Positions 1-13,526 of a DNA stretch of 64,000 bases are shown here, piece by piece. Source of the DNA: Octopus vulgaris (taxonomy: Eukaryota). The stretch is taken from NCBI GenBank assembly GCA_951406725.2, contig OX597816.1:130944001-131008000 (forward strand), written 5' to 3'. The notes under the pieces were generated by a model. That model was given only the letters and a program-made list of their open reading frames with translations. It did no database searches and was not told where the DNA came from. The number at the start of each line of letters is the position of its first letter. Position 1 is the first letter of the stretch. The position numbers and the translations under genes are program-made.

Positions 1-469
1 ACTGACCTGAAAGTTAATTAACAGTACGAATACTACCACCGTCATCACCACCACTGCTGCCGCCGCCGCTACCTCCACCACAGCCGCCGCCATCGCTGCC
101 ACAACAACCATCACCACTACCACCACCACTGTAGCTGTTCAGTTGATTATTACTGTGTGTATTGTATCCCCAGAAGTGAAACTTCTAGATGATCTTAACG
201 TCATCCCTTAATTTTCTGGTTATCACTGGCATCACTAGCTGTAGTTAGCTCTCCACTTCATGGAATAATGCCGTAATCATATACCGCCTTTCCTCATTAA
301 TCCACGTATGACATAAGATGGAGCGCGGGAAGAGATTCTTCATTCACGTTTACGATATATAACTAATTACCCGACGCTACGTTCCTCCTCAACTACTACT
401 ACTACAAGTAAATTAGATGTATTATGAATGCAGTGCTAACTACATCATAGCTTCGCACACGTATATGAG

Positions 470-660
470 TATGTACAATGTGTAAATAGAATTTTAGACA
501 TTTCGATGTTGACTATTCAGGGGTTCGATCAACTGAACTACCAGCTCATTCAATTAGCGAGTGAACGTTTGAGTGAGTATTCTACAGAACGTGAATGCTT
601 TTCACGTAATTCACAGGCAGAACAACCAGCCTGACACAATGTATGATAATTCTATAGCAA
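470..660 (+). mobile_element. Degenerate SINE-like 3' tail (family C)
   Basis: GATCAACTGAACTACCAGCTC...GAGTATTCTACAGAACGTG...CTGACAC resembles the reverse complement of 20320-20435, so it is a dispersed repeat; heavily decayed. Confidence 0.35.
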
Positions 661-695
661 AAGATCCCGTGCACCATATGTATATGTATGTATGC

Positions 696-731
696 ATCAA
701 TCAATCAATCAATCGATCGATCAATCAATCT

Positions 732-825
<94 letters not shown>

Positions 826-860
826 CTATCTACCTATTTATTTATCTATTTAACTATCTA
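696..860. repeat. Compound (TCAA)n/(TCTA)n microsatellite
   Basis: Read directly from the sequence. Confidence 0.95.
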
Positions 861-970
861 TATATGTTTATACACATGCACGCACGCACACATACACACA
901 CATGCACACCCAAGCACATACGCAAGCATACACGCGCGCGCACACACTCGCGCGCGCGCATACACATAAG

Positions 971-1031
971 TAATCACATAAGTGCAAAACAAGGTGGAAA
1001 AGGTGGAAAATCACATAAGTGCAAAACAAGG
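971..1031. repeat. Short direct duplication
   Basis: AATCACATAAGTGCAAAACAAGG occurs twice, separated by TGGAAAAGGTGGA. Confidence 0.85.
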
Positions 1032-1217
1032 CGAATACCAAAGGTAGAATAAAGTGCCATTATATTAAAGCCCAAAAAGGCCCTCACAAACTGTTATTCA
1101 GTTTCACGTGACTATTTACAACACACTTGTGATAATACAGTCTGTATTATCTGATTGATGAACGGTCGTATAAAGCTATCTGTGAAGGACTTTTGGGCTC
1201 AAAAGATAGTGTGTATA

Positions 1218-1255
<38 letters not shown>

Positions 1256-1274
1256 TTTTATCTTCTACGTTTTA

Positions 1275-1487
1275 TTTATTTCTTTCAGTCATAAGACTAC
1301 GGCTATACTGGGGCACCACCTTGAAGAATTTTATTCGAATGCATCGGCACCAGTATTTATTTTTTAAAAGGCTGGTACTTCTTCTTTGGGTTTCATTTGC
1401 CGAACAGCTAAGTCACGGTGACGTAACCAGTAACCACACAAGTACAGGTTGTCAAACGGTGGGGGGAGGGACAAACACAGACAAACA
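1275..1487 (-). mobile_element. SINE family B, degenerate 3' half
   Basis: TTTCAGTCAT...GCACCACCTTGAAG...TTTGCCGAACAGCTAAGT...GGGACAAACACAGAC matches the reverse complement of the 3' half of 4258-4652. Confidence 0.75.
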
Positions 1488-1581
1488 GCCAATTATTTGG
1501 TGGGGACCATGTGGCGCGTGGTCGTATTCGGTTGCGAGGTATGTGTCTCCCTATATGGGGATGGTGTGTGTCTCCCTATAT

Positions 1582-1751
1582 GTTCAAATTCCGCCGGGGT
1601 CGACTTTGCCTTTCATTCTTTCGGGATTGATAAATCACTGGGGTCGATATAATCGATTAGTTTCCTCCCTACAAATTTCAGGCCTTGTGCTTATAGTAGA
1701 AAGAATTATTTTTTATTATTATTATTATCATCATCATCATCATCATCATCA

Positions 1752-1782
<31 letters not shown>

Positions 1783-2180
1783 AAGGTCGACTTTGCCTTT
1801 CATCCTTTCGGGGTCGATAAATGAAGTACCAGTGAAACACTGGGGTCGATGTAATTGACTAGTCCCACCATCACCACCACCAAATTTGAGGCCTTGTGCC
1901 TCCAGTAGAAAGGATTCTTTTATAATTATTACTATTATTATTATTACTATTGTCAAGGCGGCAAGCTGGCAGAACCTTTAGCATGTCGAGCAGAAATGCT
2001 TTGCGGTATTTCGTCCGTCTTCACATTCTGAGTTCAAATTCCGCCAAGGTCTACATTGCCTTTCATCCTTTCTGAGTCGATAAAATAAGTACTAGTTGAA
2101 TACTGGGGTCGATGTAATCGACAATCCACCCCACCCCCAGATTTCAGGCCTTGTGCCTATAGTGGAAAGGGTTATTATTA
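1582..2180 (+). mobile_element. Three head-to-tail SINE family A copies (two 5'-truncated)
   Basis: Repeated core GGTCGACTTTGCCTTTCATCCTTTCGGGGTCGATAAA and tail AATTTCAGGCCTTGTGCCTATAGTAGAAAG, separated by (ATT)/(CAT) runs; third copy has the head AAGGCGGCAAGCTGGCAGAA. Confidence 0.85.
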
Positions 2181-2359
2181 TTGTTGTTGTTGTTATCATT
2201 ATCTCCCTCTTACCCCTTGTGTTAGTACTGACTCTAGAGCCATTAATGCATAAGTTCGCGGTTTCGATGGACATACCGCGAGAAATAGGTTGTGGAAGAT
2301 CTGTGTTTGCAAATGCAGATGTCACCGTAGTAGCGTCGGACATCAAACACATCGAGATG

Positions 2360-2619
2360 ATCAACTTAAAGCGGTGGTCCGCGGACGCCGGTACGCGGTG
2401 AGCTTCCAGAAAAGAAAGCAACATTATAAAATGCTTATGTAATATTGTATTATTTGTTTACAAACTAAATAAAAAATAATAATAAAATGTCAACTTTCAT
2501 TATATTCATTATATATATTGTTTCCGGTATAAATTAATATTACTAAGAAATTCTACCGGTCCATGGCACAATGGAAAAAAAACTACCGGTAGCCACATCA
2601 GATAGTTTGAGAAGCACTG
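2360..2619. mobile_element. hAT (Charlie-like) non-autonomous element
   Basis: Right end GTTTGAGAAGCACTG is a hAT-Charlie-type terminus; left end CTTAAAGCGGTGGTCCGCGGAC is degenerate. Confidence 0.45.
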
Positions 2620-3358
2620 ATCTACACTACTCTAATGGTATACGAGGCATTGACACAGCTGACTTTCCTCATCCTTCCTGGCCAGACTGGAATATAGCAT
2701 CAGTAAAGTGCCAAAACTTGGGTACCTCTTTGGTGTTCGATTAGTATCTTCGATAACACCTATGCTAGTAGATGTGACTAGCTTCAGCAAGAACAATAAT
2801 GAAATTATATTCACACACTCAAACACACATATAAATACATACATCTATATGTATATCCCTGTTAGGGGAGATTCTACCCGATCAAGCGTCCGATTAGAAA
2901 TAGTAGTCAGGTCCCCAAATTCCTTCTAAACACACATTAGCTTCTTACTGAAATATATATATATATACTGGACTGATACATAAAAGGATAGGAGTGCCAC
3001 GTCTAAAATACATTCGGTCATAAAATAGTTCGTGAGAGCCGACCTGGATTTAAACGACATCATACACACACGCTTATACATACATATCCGGTGAAATATT
3101 AAGTCGTATCATCTCATATTCTCTTATTTTTATATACCAAGATAAGTAAAAATAACATTTTCTCCCAGTTACTTGCGTGATGGTACTATTACTGGATTCT
3201 TTCAACTTTCTTGAACAGAGTTATCCATTAATGTGTGGTAAAGTGCTGTTGACCTCTATGAAATGAGAATCCGAGTCGATACCGACATGTTTTTTCCAAT
3301 TCTGGATATTTTGAAGCAAAATAGCTGCTACCAGTAAATGAAGTGTTATAAATACTGA

Positions 3359-3820
3359 TTTCAAATGTTGGCACAGTGTTAGCAATTTCGAGGGAGGAGT
3401 TAAGACGATTGCCTCGACCCTAGTATCCAGTTGGTACTTATTTTATTGACCCCATTAGGATTAAAGGCAAAGTCGACCTCAGCGGAATTTGAACTCAAAA
3501 CGTAAAGACGCAGGAAATGCAACTAAGCGTTTTGCCTGGTGTGCTAATTATTCTGCCACGTCACCACCTTAAGTGTTATAAATATTTATTTCTTTATTGC
3601 CCACAAGGGGCTAAACACAGAGAGGACAAGCAAGGACAGACAAAGGGATCAAGTCGATTAGATCGACCCCAGTGCGTAACTGGTACTTATTTATTCCACC
3701 CCGAAAGGATGAAAGCAAGGACGACCTCGGCGGAATTTGAACTCAGAACGTAACGGCAGACGAAATATCGCTAAGCATTTCACCCAGCGTGCTTACGATT
3801 CTGCCAGCTCGCGGCCCTAC
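3359..3820 (-). mobile_element. Two stacked SINE family A copies
   Basis: Copies at about 3359-3570 and 3587-3820; AAG(T/G)GTTATAAATA at 3341, 3571 and 3821 forms a target-site-duplication chain. Confidence 0.9.
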
Positions 3821-4257
3821 AAGGGTTATAAATATTGACGAGGCGCTGATTGAGAGGCGTTGAATCTGTTCGCCGTTGGATTATCTACCTCCTGCTCTAG
3901 CACTCACGTGAAATGATAGTTAAAAAGAAAAGCAAAAAAATTAAGCTGTATGATAAATAGAATTTATAATTATTTTCTTATTGAGATATGTGAAACAGCC
4001 AAAGCAGGAATCGAAACTATTTGCAAAAGCCCCTGTCTTTTCCTCACCTCCCGTCTAGTGAGATTTATGCGGCTGAGACCCAGCCTGAAACATCTGCTGG
4101 AAAAAAAACGTGGATGGAGTCAAAAACCTAGGGTAACTGGCCTGATTAGTTGCAACAAAGTGAAAACACCGCTAAATCTACTTAAGATTCAGTTTGTAAA
4201 GCTTATCAACGCCAATGTTAAAACCGCTGATGCAAATGTTTTTTATATATATATATA

Positions 4258-4652
4258 GGCGCAGAGTGGCTGTGTGGTAAGTAACTTGTTTACCAACCAC
4301 ATGGTTCCGGGTTCAGTCCCACTGCGTGGCGCCTTGGGTAAGTGTCTTCTACTCGGGCCGACCAAAGCCTTGTGAGTGGATTTGGTAGACGGAAACGGAA
4401 AGAGGCCCGTCGTATATATATATGTGCGCGTGTGTTTGTGTGTCTGTGTTTGTCCCATCCGACATCGCTTGGCAACCGATGCTGGTGTGTTTATGTCCCC
4501 GTCACTTAGCGATTCGGCAAAAGAGACCGATAGAATAAGTACTAGGCTTACAAAGAATAAGTCCCGGGGTCGAGTTGCTCGATTAAAGGCGGTGCTCCAG
4601 CATGGCCGCAGTCAAATGACTGAAACAAGTAAAAGAGTAAAAGAGTAAAAGA
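4258..4652 (+). mobile_element. Full-length SINE family B (tRNA head, internal microsatellite, (GTAAAAGA)n tail)
   Basis: A-box-like TGGCTGTGTGG, B-box GGTTCAGTCCC, CORE-like CCTTGGGTAAGTGTCTTCTACT, internal (TA)/(TG) tract, tandem tail; many copies in the window. Confidence 0.9.
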
Positions 4653-4657
4653 ATATA

Positions 4658-5165
4658 CTAGCTGAGATACCCGGCGTTGCCCGGTTACATTCATTTGAAG
4701 AATTAGACTTTTCTGTTATATTTTCTGTAATGAACTGGAATATCTATGTTTCGAATTTCATCAAAATTGCAGATGAGGGTTATTTCCCTCTTTATAGACC
4801 CTAAAAAATTTGTAATCGTGCCACATGTATCCCATACTACTGATTTTTATGCGCATATTCCAAAATTCCAGTGTCATTGAACCTGTTAAAAAGATTTTGC
4901 TCCTAAAAAATGAAGGTCATGGAGCTCTAAAATGTAAGAGTTAAGGCCCCTGTTGGAGGTGGGCATTTAATTTCAACCTGAGAAGTTGAATTGTTGAAAA
5001 TCTTTTTAACTTGGGTCTTATATCTATTGTTTGAATTTCTTTGAAATAGGAAATATATGTTCACTGAGTTTGTAAAAGAGAGCAAAGCTACAGGAAACCA
5101 AAAGACGAATGATCACAATAAGCAGTCAGTTACCCACCCTAGTCGTTACTTGAAGTACCGGTTCA
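4658..5165 (-). mobile_element. Non-autonomous Helitron, 3' end
   Basis: Minus strand ends ...CCGGGCAACGCCGGGTATCTCAGCTAG|T: subterminal GC hairpin plus CTAG followed by T. Confidence 0.65.
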
Positions 5166-5174
5166 AGAACTATG

Positions 5175-5411
<237 letters not shown>

Positions 5412-5610
5412 GAAAGATAAATTGATAGATACAACTGAGTGGGTAAACAAAAATATGAGAAACTGCATAGTGCTTTTTTATATTTTGATAAGCCTGGTAC
5501 TTATTCTATCAGTTTCTTCTTGTGAAACCAGTAAGTTATGGGGATGTAAATAAACGAACACCAGTTGTGATGTAGTGGTGAGGGAGAAACACAAAGACAC
5601 ACACATAGAC

Positions 5611-5810
5611 TTACTCTTTTACTTGTTTCACTCATTTGACTGTGGCCATGCTGGAGCACCGCCTTTAGTCGAGCAAATTGACCGCAGGACTTATTCTTTA
5701 TAAGCCTAGTACTTATTCTATCGGTCTCTTTTGCCGAATCGCTAAGTTACGGGGACGTAACACCAGCATCGGTTGGGAGGACAAACACAGACACACAAAC
5801 ATATATACAC

Positions 5811-5841
<31 letters not shown>

Positions 5842-6022
5842 TACACACACACACACATATATATATATATATTTAGTTTCCGTCTACCAAATCCACTCAC
5901 ACGGCTTTGGTCGGCCCGAGGCTATAGTAGAAGACACTTGCTCAAGGTGCCACGCAGTGGGACTGAAACCGAAACGATGTGGTTAGTAAGTAAGCTACTT
6001 ACCACACAGCCACTCCTACGCC
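5611..6022 (-). mobile_element. Full-length SINE family B
   Basis: Reverse complement of 4258-4652 including tail TTACTCTTTTACTTGTTTCA; flanked by the two halves of an older B copy (5480-5608 and 6066-6226). Confidence 0.9.
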
Positions 6023-6224
6023 TACAGCCACTCCTACTTACATATATTCATACATATACATACAATTGATTTCTTTCAGTTTCTGTCTACAAAATCCACT
6101 GACAAGGCTTTGGTTGGTCTGAGGCTATAGCAGAAGACACATGCCAAGTTACCACACAGTGGGACTGAACTGAGGATCATGTGTTTTGGAACCAAGTTTG
6201 TTACCACACAGCCACACCTGCACC

Positions 6225-6335
<111 letters not shown>

Positions 6336-6532
6336 GTGTGTGTGTGGGTGTATATATGTATGCATGTATATATATGTATATACATGTGTACATATTACAT
6401 GTACATCTATATATACATCTAGACATACATGTTTACATATACATGTATATCTATAGAAATACATCTATACATATGCATGTATACATATACAGCTATACAT
6501 ATACATGTATACATATACATCTATATATATAT

Positions 6533-6580
<48 letters not shown>

Positions 6581-6599
6581 CCATATACATACAATAGAG

Positions 6600-6832
6600 A
6601 GATGTTTTTGCTTCACTTTTAACACGTAATACTGAAATAGTGGAGAAGATGTGATATTGCTGTGGGCTCGCCCTAGGCAAGAAGTTAAACATTTTTTTGC
6701 CCATGACACTTCATGGACCCTAAGTAAAGCATGTGTAAAATTTGAATGAAATTGGTTGTGTAGTTCTCAAGTTTTAGGGATTCACACAGACAGACAGACA
6801 GACAGACAGACAGACTGACAGACACATTCTCA

Positions 6833-6864
<32 letters not shown>

Positions 6865-6866
6865 GA
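6600..6866 (-). mobile_element. Non-autonomous Helitron, 5' end
   Basis: Minus strand starts A|TCTATATATA...TAAAACTGAGAATGTGTCTGTC followed by (TCTG)n, the typical 5' layout of invertebrate non-autonomous Helitrons. Confidence 0.6.
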
Positions 6867-7693
6867 TGAGATATTAGTGTAATAGAAAAAGTCAATTACT
6901 TGACTAAGTGCAAAGGAGTGGAAGTAGAGAAGGTCATGCCTTTTTCAAAAGCAACATGAATTATTCATATAATCAGGAGATTAAATAATTAAAACAATTA
7001 AATCGAAACTGGATTGCAAGCTTGTTCCTGCAGGAAATTTCCTTATGATGTCACAAACCAAAACACGGACAGGTTAATGAACGCAGGAAACAAAACACAC
7101 AAAGGGCATATACATGTACACATTGAAACAGAAATACAGGGTAACATACATCTTTACCTGTACACTTATACAGTTACATTCACACATGCATCTACAACGA
7201 TTTTCACACACACACACACACACACACATAAATGAATACAAGCTTTAAGCTACTGGTGCAAATACTCAAACAGCCGGTACAACAACATATGCACACAAGC
7301 ACTTGATAACCATTTTGTTGCACATATAAACACATACATAACCACATAACTACTTAGATGCACGTGACGCAAATAACTGATGTATCAAAACTTTAGGGTA
7401 AAACAAAAAAAATTAAAACTCCGCGCACGCATACAGACACACATGCGTGGCGCGCATATTTCCCTATGCATAAACACAAGCATTCACACACCAATACATC
7501 AACATTCGCACACACACATTCAATTTAATCAATATATAGACAAAGTCTCTGAATCGGCGCAGTCGTTAGAGTGTCAGACAAAATGTTCTGAGTTCAAACC
7601 ACGCCGAGGTCGTCTCTGCTTTTCCGCCTTCTGGTGTCAAGAAAACAAAGGACCAACCTGAAGCGGTGAATTGGCAGAATTACTTGAGCGTCT

Positions 7694-8081
7694 AAGGCGG
7701 CGAGCTGGCAGAAACGTTAGCACACTGGGCGAAATGCTTAGCGGTATTTCGTCTGCCGCTACGTTCTGAGTTCAAATTCCGCCGGGGTCGACTTTGCCTT
7801 TCATCCTTTCGGGGTCGATTAAATAAGTACCAGTTACGCACTTGGGTCGATATAATCGACTTAATCCGTTTATCTGTCGTTGTTTGTCCTCTCTGTGTTT
7901 AGCCCCTGGTGGGTAGTAAAAAAATAGGTATTTCGTCTGCCTTTCAAATTCCGCCGAGGTCGACTTTGCCTTTCATCCTTTCGGGGTCGATAAATTAAGT
8001 ACCAGTTGCGTACTGGATTCGATCTAATCGACTGTCCCCTCCCCCCGTCAAAATTTCAGGCCTTCTGCCTATTGTAGAAAG
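7694..8081 (+). mobile_element. Dimeric SINE family A with 17-bp TSD
   Basis: GAATTACTTGAGCGTCT (7677-7693) and GAATTACTCGAGCGTCT (8082-8098) flank two fused monomers. Confidence 0.9.
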
Positions 8082-8217
8082 GAATTACTCGAGCGTCTGA
8101 CAAAATGCACTAAATATTTCAATCACATTATGTAAACCTTTTCGTTTCAGCTTATTTCTCTCATACGTTTAACTTTTCGTCCTTCGATGAAATAATGCCA
8201 AAGTACTGGAGTACAAT

Positions 8218-8258
<41 letters not shown>

Positions 8259-8339
8259 TTTTATGTCTTTGTAGTTCTGCCGGTCAACGCTGTGAGGGCC
8301 CAGAGAATATCTATGCTTGCTCGAAATGACACAGGGACC

Positions 8340-8485
8340 TAAAATGGGTAATCTTTTTCGAAAAACGGTTCACATGAGACATGATTCGTCATCAGGCAGA
8401 ATATACTACTAAAAAAATCCAAAGTAACTTTTCGTTAGGCATGCCATTCAGAAAATCCTGCGGACTGCAGTATGCCCATGACTGG
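8340..8485 (+). repeat. Unclassified dispersed repeat (also 14230-14318 +, 17740-17890 -)
   Basis: Shared GTAA(C/T)TTTTCGTT(A/G)GGC(A/G)T(G/A)CCATTC...ATCCTGC...CAGT(A/T)TGCC(C/T)ATGACTG; the TTTTCGAAAAACGG segment recurs inverted at 17857-17872. Confidence 0.55.
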
Positions 8486-8892
8486 AATAGGACATTCTGA
8501 TACTAAGTCATACTCAATAGTCATTTTAATGAGCAGACATAAGTATCAACTTTATCATATACACACACACATACACATTGAAAGCATATACAAACAAATA
8601 CACTTACACACATATAGACACACGCGCACACAAGCATACGCCTACGCGCGCGCGCGATCACACGCCGACATAGTAATGCTCATGTACACATATACTTAAC
8701 ATATAAATGCTTACACAATTACACATAAATGGAGAGACTGACAGACAGACATGCAAACAAAACACGCAAGCACTTGATACCCATTACATGTACACCCCCC
8801 CCACACACACACACAAACACGCGGCACATACATATACACACACACATATATAGATACTTACGCGCATACATACATGCATACATAAATACAAG

Positions 8893-9203
8893 CAGTGGCG
8901 GACTGGGTCTAAAAACATTGGTTGCCAGGAGACTAAGGGGTCCCACCCGCAACTACAAGGGGTCCCACCCGCAACTATAATTGTATCATATATTTTTTTT
9001 TTTCTTTTTCTTTTGTTAAAAGTATTCTTTTCAACTGTCTACAAACACAGCCAGGCTGAAATAATTAATGCATTCTTCCAGGAGCGAATAAAACATTCTC
9101 AAACTCGAGGATGTGGGGCCCTGGGACCCCATATATGGATTCTAATGGCGCAGGGGCCCCACTTACCATCGGGCAAACTGGCACCCTGGCCAGTGCGCCA
9201 CTG
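8893..9203. mobile_element. hAT-superfamily MITE
   Basis: TIRs CAGTGGCGGACTGG / CCAGTGCGCCACTG; 8-bp TSD AATACAAG / TATACAAG; internal tandem AAGGGGTCCCACCCGCAACTA x2. Confidence 0.85.
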
Positions 9204-9716
9204 TATACAAGTACGCAAGGATGTATGCAAGATGACCACAAATCCCGAGAGCGGATTTGACTTAAAACAGGAGTTTTGCCACTTCGATAGTGACCAGCTT
9301 CGATTCTGCAAATGACAAAAACTTAAATCCCAAAGTAATACACATGAGCACATGCGCGCATGCATACACACACACACACACACACCCATCACACACACAC
9401 ACAAACCCCCCACCCCACCCCACACATGCTGAGGCATTTATAGAACAGCAATCTCAGATACACACGAAGCAAGAGGACCTGCATGCCACTACTCAACTTA
9501 TTAGAAATAGCAGCCAAATCTCATTTAAACAACTCCCTATCGTCTAACTGGGTTTTTTTTTTTTAAAAGAATGACTACATTAGATAATCTCAAGCACAAT
9601 GATGAACAAATAGACGGGATGGTCACGGTTGCAATGTCTTTGGTCATTTGTTCATTTCATCAGGGGCGTACTGAGCAAAACATTTACACGCACACACAAA
9701 CATTTACACGCGAGAG

Positions 9717-9756
<40 letters not shown>

Positions 9757-10221
9757 TGCATACTCATGTACTTACATATACACACATACAAATCGAGTGT
9801 GCTAAATTCAACATTTATCTTTCTGTGCTGTGGATTAATTTCTCTCATTATCAACTGGATTTTTAAAAAAGCTTTAAAAATTTGATCACATTCAAGAAAA
9901 CAAAAAAAAATTGAAGCAAGCAAATAAGCACATGTGTGAGTGTGTATGTGTGTGTGTGTGTGTGTATGCGTGTATGCGCCTGTTATGTCCGCGCGAGCGG
10001 TGGTGTTTATGTTTATATAAAATCACAGCTAAGATTTCTCTTTTCTTTCTGCCGCAACTTTGTATAAAATGTGTTATATCACTCACACACACACACATAC
10101 ACACACACGCATACATCATCCACACAAACACGCACAATCATACACATACATATATATCATGCGTATGTATATGTGTGTATGTGTGTGTGTACATATATAT
10201 ATGTATATGTATATATATATG

Positions 10222-10258
<37 letters not shown>

Positions 10259-10265
10259 GTATATG

Positions 10266-10296
<31 letters not shown>

Positions 10297-10298
10297 GT

Positions 10299-10354
<56 letters not shown>

Positions 10355-10473
10355 ACATATATGTGTGTGTGTATATATAAAGAGAGAGAGAGTGAGAGAG
10401 AGAAAACAGATAGATCTCTGAATATACATACCCTACATATACATACACGCATTCATATATACGTACATATATA

Positions 10474-10504
<31 letters not shown>

Positions 10505-10701
10505 ATGTATATATATATATGTATGTATATATGTATATATGTATGTATATGTGTATATATACATAGAGTTAGATAGCTGTGTGTGTGTGTGTGTACGTAC
10601 GTATGTATGCATGTATTTATATACACACATATATACATGCATCATACATACACACACACATATATATTTCATACAGATACACGAACATGCATGCGCGCCT
10701 A

Positions 10702-11040
10702 CAGGTGCAGGCATGGCTGTGCAGTTTTAAGTTCATGTCGGAACCACGTGCTTTCAGGTTCAGCGTCACTGCATGACACCTTGGCCGATGTTTTCTACTG
10801 TATCGCCAGTGCATTCTGATACTGTGTGGAAGTCGCCATGCTGGGGCATTGCCTTGAAATGCTTTGTCAGAGAAACTGATCCTGGTACTTTTTTTTTTAA
10901 ACCTCGTTCTCATTCTTACCGTCACTTTTTGCTGAACCGTCAAGTTACGTGAGTGGAAACAAACCAACATCGGTTTTCAAGCGTTTATGGAGGACAGAGA
11001 CACAAAGACACACACAAAGGTATATACATACACACATTTA

Positions 11041-11076
<36 letters not shown>

Positions 11077-11281
11077 TATATAAAAACCCACTTAAGTCTT
11101 TGGTCGGTCAGCTATAGTAGAAGAAACTTGCCCAAGATACCACGCGTATATATCTGTGTGTGTGTGTGGGTGTATGTATGAGTGTATACCACGCGTATAT
11201 ATGTGTGTGTATGTAGCAAACATGTGTATGTGTGTATGAGTGTGTGTGTGTTAGTATGTGTGTACGTGTATATGTATGTGT

Positions 11282-11339
<58 letters not shown>

Positions 11340-11580
11340 GTGTGCATATATGTGGCCGTCTTTGTATTTGTTTTTGCATTGCTTGTTCTGTGTTGGTTTG
11401 TTTGCCTAACTGCAACCTAACGGTCCGGCAAAAATGAACCGATTGAACAAAGTACCAGTCATCAAATATGTAACGGAGTCAATTCCATCGATTGAAACCC
11501 TTCAAGGCGGTAGCCCAGCATGGCCGCAGTGCAATGTCCGATACAAGTGAAAGAAGAATTTATAAAAGAATAAAAGAGAA
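10702..11580. mobile_element. Interleaved degenerate SINE B fragments on both strands
   Basis: Head (+) 10702-10805; 3' half (-) about 10810-11030; head fragment (-) about 11085-11145; 3' half (+) about 11400-11580. Confidence 0.65.
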
Positions 11581-12134
11581 AAAGTGCAAAAGTAAAAATG
11601 TGCGCGCGCGCTGCAAAACGAAAAAAAATGGTCTGAACAAAGCAACAAGAAGAAAGAAATTAACTTACAGAGAGAGTGAATAGTCAAAGATGACAACGTA
11701 GCTTATATGGAAAAGCATCGGAGTTGAGCGATATGAAAAGCTACTTGTTGGTGCCAGTGATACGTATCTATAGTAGTGTGCTGTGGTAGAAATACTGTTT
11801 GTTATCTGTCTGTCTGTAACCGTTTAACGTCGGGAACGGAGGCAGAACCTCCATCGCCACCCAACCTCTTTCGCCACTCCGGCTTTGCTCTCTACTCACT
11901 ACACTACGCTTGCGTCTTGCTCCACGCCGCTTTTGTTCAAGCGTCACGCTACCTCTGTTCTATCTAGCGTTACGCTGTCTCAAAGAACTCGACGTTTTCG
12001 ACGTCACTTTTTCTCCACTGAGTACATCCACGCCAACTTCATTTCTAACCACTACGTTGCACCTAGCTCTCCACCCATAACCTCCCCCCCCGCCGTATCA
12101 CCTCTTTGCTAACTAAAAGAAAAAGAAAAGACTA

Positions 12135-12532
12135 AGGCACCTCTAGCACCAACAATGACACCTGCTGCCGCCGCTGCCAACACCGCCGCCAAAATACTGC
12201 CACAGAGCCTGTACCGTCACCACCACCACCACCACCACCACCACCACCACCACAAACAACCACAACAACTCTAACACCATCCCCACCACCATCACCACCA
12301 TCGTCGCTAGCAGCACCAACACCACTACCGAACTTGGTTTCCAACGTCACCCTCCTATCTACTGCTACCCCGCCTCTGTCATCACTGCCTATCTACCCTC
12401 ACGCCACCTATACCTCTGCCTCTACCCCGCCTTTATCAACTACCCTGTTTCTACAGCCACTATGCTTCACAATCAAGGGAAAAGAAGAGAAAAAGTAACA
12501 AAAATAACATTCGCAACGAATCATCTAGTTCT

Positions 12533-12583
<51 letters not shown>

Positions 12584-12695
12584 CTTTCTTTCTTTTGCTC
12601 TTGCTTACTTTCTCTCTCTCCTTCTTTCTTTCTTTCATACTTTCTCCATTCTTCTCTCCCTCCTGTTTCTCTCACTCGCTTCTCTTCTTTTTTCT

Positions 12696-12736
<41 letters not shown>

Positions 12737-12780
12737 CCACTCTTTCTCTTTTTCTTTCTCTTTCTCTTTCTCTCTTTTAA
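12135..12780. repeat. (ACC)n-rich and (CT)n-rich low-complexity tract
   Basis: Read directly from the sequence. Confidence 0.9.
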
Positions 12781-13019
12781 TGTGTTTTATTCTTTAGTTT
12801 GTGTTTTTCCAAGCTTCTGGCACCCCAAAAGTTGATTATATAGACATGTCCTGTCCTAGCTACAGATATGAAAAAAAGACAGACAGAAAGAGAGACATAT
12901 AGAGGGAGACAGATTGAAGGAGACAGAGAAAAAGAAATACAGAGAGAAGTAGGGAGAAAGAGAGAGAAGTGGAGTTAAAATAATTTTCATATTGTATTTG
13001 GTAGTGGTGGTGGTGGTGG

Positions 13020-13062
<43 letters not shown>

Positions 13063-13475
13063 GATTAAATAACAATTGTAATAATTATAAAAATAATTTC
13101 CTAATTGTTAACCACAAGGGTCCAGAACGCTAGGAAATACTACGAAGACGAAATACAAAAACAAAGAAAACATGGCGGGTTTACATCAAATAAAACGGTC
13201 GAGATCAGCAATAACAATACAGATGTTAATATATAGGTGACAATGAATAACAATAACAACATAGAACAACAAATAGTAAGGAAAAGATCACAGACACAAC
13301 CCGGTGTGTGATTCAGGACACCATATATAAAACCCGAAATACCCTGACACACCATAAGCAAGCGATCTTTCTCCCATTTGTTGCCTACAGTCTATAGCCA
13401 TTTATTTTAGACCCATGTAGTCACGTCGATTTCGTCACTTTTACACATCTTCCACAAAGTTTGGTGCAAGGCAGC

Positions 13476-13526
<51 letters not shown>

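Noticed and set aside
3950-4258. 102-aa ATG-initiated ORF in unique sequence
   Set aside because: No recognisable motif or signal peptide; it ends in a (TA)n run; compatible with chance.
4258-4330. tRNA genes at SINE A and B heads
   Set aside because: A and B boxes are present, but the sequence continues into SINE bodies and I could not fold a complete cloverleaf.
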